Shown here piece after piece: positions 57,245 through 64,000 of a DNA stretch of 64,000 nt. Position 1 is the stretch's first letter, and each line of letters opens with the position of its first letter. This DNA is from Candidatus Bathyarchaeia archaeon (lineage in GTDB: Archaea; Thermoproteota; Bathyarchaeia; 40CM-2-53-6): positions 32,001 to 96,000 of the forward strand of contig JBEKFP010000003.1 in assembly GCA_050013255.1 (NCBI GenBank), given 5' to 3'. The notes beneath the pieces were generated by a model. The model was not told the DNA's origin and did not search any database. It saw only the letters and a list, made by a program, of their open reading frames with translations. A program made the translations under genes and the position numbers.

Positions 57245-58438
57245 TCAGCTCGCTTGGTCACTCGAAGCGGCGACTGTTAAGGGCAGAGCTGTTTGTGATT
57301 CCGCTGGCTCCTGAACTGTGGTCGGCCGACCCCTATCAAAGATCCCACGAAGCCATTGTTTCACGTATGTTGATGGTAACTCCCAGAGCATGACCCTCTT
57401 GCTGTGCCGCATCGAATCATACATGAAACAGATGTGTGTGCAAAAACATTGATCAAGCTCAACCTGACGCACTTCCATCTTCCTTTCCAGTGAACCCCAA
57501 AACTCCTTGAAATTCATACCATAACGTCTTAGGTTTCCGATGGGTTTGCGGAGTTCGCAGACCCTTACATCCCCATTGTAATCAATAACGACTGAGGTTT
57601 GACCTGCTGTGCAGGGCATCTTCCACTTTGCGCGCTCAACATAATTCCGGTACTGTGTCTCATAGCTGAAAGCGTATCCCGCCTTCCAATACGCCCTCAT
57701 CAAGGGCTCCAGCAATGATTTCTTCCGCGAGGGTTTCGAGAGGTATCGGAAATTAATCGGTAATACTTCTCGATAGATGCGCCCGAGCTTCTGTGGTTCT
57801 ACGGCTTGAAGTGCTGGGTCTTTTGGGTCTCCGCGTATGACTTGGAAGTAGTGCCCATCGAGGTCGGCTTTCTCCTGGAAAAAGCGCCCCATCATTGTGA
57901 TTTCGTTTTGATTTTCCTGTGTTATGACTGAATTTATGTAGAGTGTGAAGTTGGGCCAATCGGCTCGCAGAGCTTGAAGTTCAGCGATTGTGGCGAGGGC
58001 TTTCTCAAAGTTGCCTGCGACTCCCCTAATCTTGTCATGCGTCTCGCCGAGACCATCTATCGAAACGTCGATTTCAAGGTGAAGTTCGGGGCATGTATGT
58101 AGAACTTCTTTCACGACCTGAACAGTTTGAGCGGCGGGGATCCCATTGGTCGGGATGCGTACGTCGCGAATTTTGTTGTTCCGGTAGAATAGTTGTATTA
58201 TTGCCGCAAGGTCCTTTCTAAGGAAAGGTTCACCGCCGGATACCCAAAGGTCGTGAAATTCAGGCATGGTTGATGATAGTTTGGTTAATTCTTCAAATGT
58301 GAGGTCGCCCTTGCGGTTTAGTTCAAGCCAGTAGAAGCATGTTCGGCATCTGGCGTTGCAGATTGAGGTTACAAAGAGGATGACTAGGTCAAGCTGTTTT
58401 ACGAAGAGGGGTTTTGCGAAAGCTTCACGGTGAGGCAA
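57245..58438 (-). CDS. Radical SAM protein with SPASM/Twitch domain
   Basis: CNARCRTC, SGGEPFLR, CTAG..GDVRVCE, CFCTHIC. Confidence 0.92.
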   Translation of the reverse strand: MPHREAFAKPLFVKQLDLVILFVTSICNARCRTCFYWLELNRKGDLTFEELTKLSSTMPEFHDLWVSGGEPFLRKDLAAIIQLFYRNNKIRDVRIPTNGIPAAQTVQVVKEVLHTCPELHLEIDVSIDGLGETHDKIRGVAGNFEKALATIAELQALRADWPNFTLYINSVITQENQNEITMMGRFFQEKADLDGHYFQVIRGDPKDPALQAVEPQKLGRIYREVLPINFRYLSKPSRKKSLLEPLMRAYWKAGYAFSYETQYRNYVERAKWKMPCTAGQTSVVIDYNGDVRVCELRKPIGNLRRYGMNFKEFWGSLERKMEVRQVELDQCFCTHICFMYDSMRHSKRVMLWELPSTYVKQWLRGIFDRGRPTTVQEPAESQTALPLTVAASSDQAS

Positions 58439-59633
58439 GCGGGTTCATTTCCGTCAGCTTGTAAATTCGACCGCGCCATTCGATTTCACGGGTCCGGGTC
58501 GAATTAATTATGCAGTATGTCATAACCCAAGGAACAATAAGGCTTGCGATTGCTTCCTTAAATTTCGCTCTCCGGAATTCTTCTTTGAATTGGGGCATGG
58601 CTCGACTGAAGGTCGAGTTGCGCTGGATGCTTCGCAATATGCCTAGGAGGGATGGCGTGAAAAGCAAGGCTGATGGCACCAACCACAATGGGGCCACCGT
58701 CACCCCACATACCAAGCTAATGAGGCCCAGCAGAAACACGAAATCGAAGAATGCGTAAGCTCCCGCCGCATAATTCCAGAGGCCACGGTTGTAGACTTTA
58801 GTTAGGGCAGTTTGACGGGTCGCCCATCTAAGAAATTTGTGCCGGTCAGTTTGATTGAAAGTGGCGACGGTGCATTGGGGAAGAAATGTTGTTCGGTAAC
58901 CATGTTTTCTTAATGCGGCGTTCAGGGCCAAATCGTCGCTAATCGCAGTAGGCCATAGCCGCCGAATGCCAATTTTATCAAGGGTTTCCGCCCTTACCGC
59001 CATCGCTCCACCCCAAGGGAAATTGTACCGGTCGTTGAAGAGCAGGTTCGTTCCGGAAGCGTTCCACGCAGACTCTGCGTAGGACCAAAATCCGCCCCGA
59101 GAAGGGAAGAGCCAACGGAAGCCAGTCGTAGCTCCCACGGACCCATCCTTGAGTGGATCAACTAGATTTCCAAGCCAAGTGGGCGTTACTCGTGCATCGC
59201 TGTCTACGATGGCGTAGACCTGCGCTTGTCCCCTATCTCGCGCCAAAGCGGTTAGGAGCGCTGCAACCTTCCCGCTAGCGGAGGCCGCGGGATCTGAAGT
59301 GTAAATCTGAGAATTTTCTTCCGAGCAGCGTGACAATACAGACTTGGCCACGGTGTAAGCTGGGTCTTCAGTTGAATCAACAACAATGGCGGTGTGGTAG
59401 TTATCGTACTTTTGATGCAACACGGCGGCCAGGTTTCCTTCCAGACCTGGTTCTTCTCCTTTACACGCCATGATTAGGCAGACTCGGGGGCGAAAACCTA
59501 GCTGCGGCCTCGCAAGCGCTTCTGAAGCTTTACGGTCAAATTCCAAACCCAAGTACAAAGAGTACAAAGAGGCTGCGACGGCAAGAAAACCAACTATGAG
59601 GAGGGAAACGTAAAGGGTCTCTCCGGGGAACAG
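58425..59633 (-). CDS. GT2/GT21 glycosyltransferase (ceramide glucosyltransferase/HpnI-like)
   Basis: CKG, SGKV, DSD, WGGAMA, SDD, W..RQ; probable CTG start at 59633 (track start 59567). Confidence 0.85.
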   Translation of the reverse strand: MFPGETLYVSLLIVGFLAVAASLYSLYLGLEFDRKASEALARPQLGFRPRVCLIMACKGEEPGLEGNLAAVLHQKYDNYHTAIVVDSTEDPAYTVAKSVLSRCSEENSQIYTSDPAASASGKVAALLTALARDRGQAQVYAIVDSDARVTPTWLGNLVDPLKDGSVGATTGFRWLFPSRGGFWSYAESAWNASGTNLLFNDRYNFPWGGAMAVRAETLDKIGIRRLWPTAISDDLALNAALRKHGYRTTFLPQCTVATFNQTDRHKFLRWATRQTALTKVYNRGLWNYAAGAYAFFDFVFLLGLISLVCGVTVAPLWLVPSALLFTPSLLGILRSIQRNSTFSRAMPQFKEEFRRAKFKEAIASLIVPWVMTYCIINSTRTREIEWRGRIYKLTEMNPLASP

Positions 59634-59673
59634 AGGATATCCTCACTAGAAGCAGGATGCAGGATATATGTAA

Positions 59674-59868
59674 CTAAGCTTCGATAACTTCGCATCTAAT
59701 CTGTTTCAGCAACACGGCTGCTTGTTCCGGATCGATCTTGATTGTGTACAGTTGACTTGCAGTCCTAAGCTTCAGTTTTACGATATCCTTCAGCCGTTTC
59801 ACGCGGCATTCTGTGGCCCGCTCTGAAATCTTCAGGAATTGTTCGGTGTCGGAAATCTCAGTCGGCAT
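59674..59868 (-). CDS. rpl38e: Ribosomal protein L38e
   Basis: MPTEI.D..FL, RVKR..VKLKLRT..LYT. Confidence 0.9.
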   Translation of the reverse strand: MPTEISDTEQFLKISERATECRVKRLKDIVKLKLRTASQLYTIKIDPEQAAVLLKQIRCEVIEA

Positions 59869-59926
59869 TCTAGCTCGGCTCTCTAATCGCTAAGAAAGGT
59901 TGGGAGAATATAAACCTGAACAGAAT

Positions 59927-60772
59927 TCAAGGCGTGAAAATCAGTAGCTCTTCTTCGTATCGCCTTCCATCAACTATCGAACCGGGCGGTTTTCGCTCAA
60001 CATGCCTTTGCGCAAGAAGCTCACCGAGTTTTCTGTCAGCTTCCTCACGCGAAATCGTGGGGTCTGTGAGCATCTTGAGTGGAACATCTACTCTGAGAGG
60101 GCGAGAAGGCATCACATGGCGTGTGATTTTGTGAGGCAGGAGGTGCCCCGTGATGCCGAATTCGCGAATTTGCTGTTTGCTGAAAATTGGTACAGAAATG
60201 ATGAGATTCAGTTCGTTTGACTGGAGTTTTTGCAGGGCAGTAGTTTCCGGCGAGTAGGTCACAGCGTGCCCTTTCTTGACCATCGTTTTTTCGAGGCTTA
60301 CCGCTGTTCTTGCGAGTTGAATTGGGTCTATTGATTCAGGCAATGAGAACTCCGCGTTGGTTCTGGTTATCATAATAGTTTGAGAATTGTTGCTCATTTT
60401 CGCCGGCTCAACCTTTCGCAATGAGTAGTGTAGCCCGGCGTCTATTAGCAGCCTTTCCGCGACTGTTTCAGCTTCGTCTACCGCGAAAAGCCTGAACCAT
60501 GCTCCCACCTTGATCAGAGGGTTGTCGTAGTCGACCAAGCAGCAAGGAACAAAACGACACTTTAGCAGCCTCAATGAGTTGAAGCGGTGCATTCCATCTA
60601 GAATCACATAGTCCTCCTGATCGACGACCAGTGGATCTCGGAGTTCTCCCTCTCCTAGAACTTCATTCGCGAGCGATCCAACAACAGGGTCTATGACTTC
60701 TTCGTGCGGCTTGAGTTCGTCAAGGTTGACCATGGAAATTCTGAAACTCAGCTTTGACGAGCTAATTTCCAT
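59927..60772 (-). CDS. ParB/Srx-domain protein, SerK/SbnI-like
   Basis: LKPHEE, ILDGMHR, LPHKITRH. Confidence 0.75.
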   Translation of the reverse strand: MEISSSKLSFRISMVNLDELKPHEEVIDPVVGSLANEVLGEGELRDPLVVDQEDYVILDGMHRFNSLRLLKCRFVPCCLVDYDNPLIKVGAWFRLFAVDEAETVAERLLIDAGLHYSLRKVEPAKMSNNSQTIMITRTNAEFSLPESIDPIQLARTAVSLEKTMVKKGHAVTYSPETTALQKLQSNELNLIISVPIFSKQQIREFGITGHLLPHKITRHVMPSRPLRVDVPLKMLTDPTISREEADRKLGELLAQRHVERKPPGSIVDGRRYEEELLIFTP

Positions 60773-60919
60773 TCTTCAACCCTCGAGACGGAAGAAGGTG
60801 GGATTGGAGTGGGCTCTAAGGGTTACTGACAAGTGTTCGGTTTGAAAAGGGCGGTAGGTCAGCGGAAGAAAGATAGGGGAAACCGTTCGAACTGTCCCAA
60901 ACGTGTCCTAAGATGAATT

Positions 60920-61066
60920 CTATTTCGTGAACTTCGTCATCTTAGTGCCGCAAGTCGGGCACGTCGCACGCATCATGTTACGACCCTTGGCAGTCTTCTC
61001 CATCGTGGTCTGATCGTCGGGCACAGTCTTCTTCTCCTTGCATTTCACGCAAAACATTTCGGCCAA
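60920..61066 (-). CDS. 48-aa DUF5679-like Zn-binding microprotein (not in ORF track)
   Basis: MAEMFCVKCKEKK..GRNMMRATCPTCGTKMTKF; GGAGGG SD. Confidence 0.8.
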   Translation of the reverse strand: MAEMFCVKCKEKKTVPDDQTTMEKTAKGRNMMRATCPTCGTKMTKFTK

Positions 61067-61272
61067 TGAACATTCCCTCCCCTTTCTGAATTGACTTGGT
61101 GTTAGCGGATGGCGAAGCCATAAAAGGCTTTGCTAATCAATCCTGAAGGTCGCAGCATTTCTTAACGAACTATGTAAGTTTTGATAAGTCAAAAGCAATC
61201 CTGGAATTGGGTCGCTCCAGAAACGATGGAACCATAAGCAAGTTAAGTGAAAACAGCGCGTTGGTTGATTGA

Positions 61273-62208
61273 ATGCCAGCTCGAAAGCTAATATCAATTA
61301 TCGGTACCGGAAAGTTGGGAAGCGCCGTCGCCCTGCAAGTGGCGCAGAGAGAACTAGGCGACCTGAGACTTGTTGACATAATTCAGGGCCTTCCACAAGG
61401 CGAAGCCCTCGACCTTGGGCAGATGGCAGCAGAACAGGGCGTGGACGTTGATATTGTTGGGTCAAATGATTACAAAGACATCGCGGGCTCAGACCTCGTT
61501 GTCGTCATTGGCGGTTTAGGTAGAAAACCTGGGATGACGAGGCTCGACCTGCAAGAAAAGAACGAAGCGATCATCCGAGGCATTGCCGAGAAGATCGTGG
61601 AATACGCTCCCAAAACATTAGTCTTGATGGTGACCAATCCGCTCGACGTGATGACCTACCTCGCTTGGAAGGTCACAGGATTCGAGCCCTCTCGAGTCTT
61701 TGGCCAGAGCGGAATGTTGGACACGATGCGTTTCAAGTACTTCATCGCGAAAGCGCTGAGAGTGTCGACGAGTTCGGTTCAAGCCGTAGTCATCGGTGAG
61801 CATGGGGATTCCATGGTTCCGTTGCCAAGGTTTTCAACTGTGAACGGTGTCCCGATAACCGAGTTGCTCTCAGCCGCGGAGGTCAATGATGCCGTTGACC
61901 ATACCCGAAAGATTGCTGCTGAAGTCATTGCTCTGAAGGGAGCGACGATATACGCGCCCGCGCACGGAATTGCGCGAATGGTTGAGACCATCATCAAGGA
62001 CAAGAAGATGGCGTTGTGCATGACGGCTCACTTGAACGGTCAATACGGACTCAAGGATGTGTATGTTGATGTTCCAGCGATTCTGGGCGCACAGGGTGTC
62101 GAGCGCGTAATTGAACTGAAGTTGAACCCTGAGGAATCTGCAGCCTTTCAGAAGTCCGTGGAAATTGTGAAGGCAGCCTGCGGTCATTTGAAAACGGTCA
62201 AGGCTTAA
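61273..62208 (+). CDS. mdh: Malate dehydrogenase (LDH-like)
   Basis: GTGKLG, GRKPGMTR, VTNPLD, GEHGDSM. Confidence 0.93.
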   Translation: MPARKLISIIGTGKLGSAVALQVAQRELGDLRLVDIIQGLPQGEALDLGQMAAEQGVDVDIVGSNDYKDIAGSDLVVVIGGLGRKPGMTRLDLQEKNEAIIRGIAEKIVEYAPKTLVLMVTNPLDVMTYLAWKVTGFEPSRVFGQSGMLDTMRFKYFIAKALRVSTSSVQAVVIGEHGDSMVPLPRFSTVNGVPITELLSAAEVNDAVDHTRKIAAEVIALKGATIYAPAHGIARMVETIIKDKKMALCMTAHLNGQYGLKDVYVDVPAILGAQGVERVIELKLNPEESAAFQKSVEIVKAACGHLKTVKA

Positions 62209-62986
62209 GCTTGTTCCCGGTACGCGCTCTAGCTACTCGGTTTGCTATTTGCGCGGCGACAACGCCTGCGGCTATACCTGAATCAATGTTTACAACCGAT
62301 AGCCCAAGGGAGCAGGCCTGAAGCATGGCCATTAACGCCGCTTGCCCTTTCCCACCATAACCGTAGCCCGACGAACTAGGGACAGCAATAATAGGTATGT
62401 CGACTAGGCCTGCCACTACTGTCGGTAACGCTCCTTCGCGGCCCGCTACGACGATAAGGCAGTCAACGTTGTTCTTCACCATACCCGTCAATGGTTCGAC
62501 CAATCGGTGGATGCCAGCGACTCCCGCGTCTGCTTCCAGAAAAGTTTCGCAACCCATTTCTTCTGCAATCATTGCTGCTTCTTCAGCGACTGGCAGATCA
62601 ACCGTTCCGGCAGTTATGATGCCAACCCGACCGCCAGTCTCGACCTTTTTGTGACCAGTGTCACTGATTACGATGGTTGCAGCGTGCGGAGGTTTTTTCA
62701 CTTCATAACCAACGAAGTGTTCTTTTAATTTCTGTAATTGCTGTTCGCTCACTCGGCTAACGATCGCTCGTCCATTCCTCGTAACCATCAAGTCGCAAAT
62801 TTGAAGTAGGTCTCCGCTTGATTTTCCTTCGGCGAATATTATCTCAGGGACCCCGCGTCGAATCGTCCTTCCAATATCCAGCCGAGCTATCTTGGCAACA
62901 TTCTCGATAGTGTTGATTTTCAACGCCCTCTCAGCATCATCGACAGAAATTTCGCCCTTGCGTAGTTTCTCAAGAATCTCTCGCAA
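62198..62986 (-). CDS. larB: Nickel pincer cofactor biosynthesis protein LarB
   Basis: GVPEIIFAEGK, AGT.DLPVAEEA, GVAGIHRL, VVNIDSG. Confidence 0.93.
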   Translation of the reverse strand: MREILEKLRKGEISVDDAERALKINTIENVAKIARLDIGRTIRRGVPEIIFAEGKSSGDLLQICDLMVTRNGRAIVSRVSEQQLQKLKEHFVGYEVKKPPHAATIVISDTGHKKVETGGRVGIITAGTVDLPVAEEAAMIAEEMGCETFLEADAGVAGIHRLVEPLTGMVKNNVDCLIVVAGREGALPTVVAGLVDIPIIAVPSSSGYGYGGKGQAALMAMLQACSLGLSVVNIDSGIAAGVVAAQIANRVARARTGNKLKP

Positions 62987-63043
62987 GAAATTTCGCCAGC
63001 GTGGAAACGCCTAAGTACGAAGAGCTATAAGACCTACCATAAA

Positions 63044-64000
63044 ATGTTACCAGCAATAGCGTCCGAACAATCGATGCAAGTCACGCTTCGAAATGTGCCC
63101 CCTGCTCTCCGCGAGAAGACTTCGAAGGCCCTGACTATGTTCAGTGGATATGGTAAGGTCATCGTAGCGTTCTCCGGGGGAATAGATAGCACCCTCGTAG
63201 CCCTCTTTGCGAAACTCGCACTTGGCGAGAATGCGATCGCGGTAACCGCGGACTCCCCTAGCCTTCCGTCGTCCGAATTGAAAGAGGCCGAGCAACTGGC
63301 TGAGGTGATAGGCATCAGGCACATGGTCATTCGAACCGAGGAATTAGATGATCCGAGGTATGCGGTTAACCCTGCTAACCGGTGCTATTTCTGCAAAAAA
63401 GAGTTGAGCCTTAAACTGAAAGAGCTGGCCTCCAACCTTGGGATTTCGATCATTGCGGATGGAACTAACCTAGACGACCTACAGGGGCACAGACCCGGAG
63501 CGGCAGCCCTCGCGCAAGAAGCCGTGAAGAGGCCGCTAGCCGAAGTTGGATTCACAAAGGGTGAGGTCAGAGAGTTAGCTAGGTTGTTCGGGCTTCCGAA
63601 CTTCGACAAGCCGTCGATGCCATGCCTCTCCTCACGAATTCAGTACGGTCAAGCAATATCCCCGGAACGGCTGCAACGAGTTGAGAAATCGGAGAACTTC
63701 ATTCGCTCGCTAATAGGGGTAAAAGAGTTACGTGTTAGAGATCACGGAAACTTAGCAAGAATCGAGGTGGGGAAAGATGAGCGGAAGCTCTTCTTCAACG
63801 AGTACCTACTTGATACAATTGGGAAGAAGTTGCGGGATTTCGGATTCATGTACGTCTCTTTCGACCTATTCGGTTACAGGACCGGAAGCATGAATGAAAC
63901 ATTAATTTCCAGCATAAGATCAGAGCCAGAATCGCTCATGGACTCTAGAGCCTCAAGGCCTAGCCACCGTGGGCAACAGGCAGCAATGCCAACTCATCGC
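63044..64000 (+). CDS. larE: ATP-dependent sacrificial sulfur transferase LarE (runs off window end)
   Basis: AFSGGIDS, NRCYFCK, DGTNLDD..HRPG, CLSSRI, LRVRDHG, GYRTGSMN. Confidence 0.92.
   Translation, partial: MLPAIASEQSMQVTLRNVPPALREKTSKALTMFSGYGKVIVAFSGGIDSTLVALFAKLALGENAIAVTADSPSLPSSELKEAEQLAEVIGIRHMVIRTEELDDPRYAVNPANRCYFCKKELSLKLKELASNLGISIIADGTNLDDLQGHRPGAAALAQEAVKRPLAEVGFTKGEVRELARLFGLPNFDKPSMPCLSSRIQYGQAISPERLQRVEKSENFIRSLIGVKELRVRDHGNLARIEVGKDERKLFFNEYLLDTIGKKLRDFGFMYVSFDLFGYRTGSMNETLISSIRSEPESLMDSRASRPSHRGQQAAMPTHR

Noticed and set aside
10057-63609. Many antisense or nested ORFs in the six-frame track
   Set aside because: Shadow frames of well-supported genes with no independent motifs.

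Overview
Archaeal chromosome segment. The markers tfe, aTrm56, MBF1, DUF2110, NAC, A/V-ATPase atpABD, rpl38e and an intron-containing tRNA point to a TACK lineage, plausibly Bathyarchaeia (inference). Positions 1-9783 are the right end of an integrated mobile element. It is ORFan-rich (wHTH, AbrB-like, Zn-ribbon and membrane proteins) and ends in a tRNA 3'-half att site. Its terminal operon is the most unusual feature: a palindrome-flanked promoter, a solo Cas2/VapD-like gene, two ORFs each bounded exactly by a 15-bp direct repeat that supplies both stop and start codon (cassette-like), and a short ORF reading through the att site like an SSV-type split-integrase N-fragment. A second islet of about 5.8 kb, bracketed by a decayed copy of the att/permease junction, carries a signalling module: an NTF2/SnoaL-like membrane sensor, a paralogous 3-TM protein, a KaiC-ATPase/class III cyclase fusion, an RHH regulator and a secreted protein followed by a spare C-terminal variant. 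The rest is mostly housekeeping and metabolic (ABC systems, subtilase, atpABD, guaA, ppsA/ppdK, ggt, mdh, larB/larE). It also holds several microproteins missed by the ORF track, a racemase pseudogene, tRNA-Val(GAC) with an intron and an orphan tRNA 3' half. All family assignments are by motif recognition only; no searches were run.
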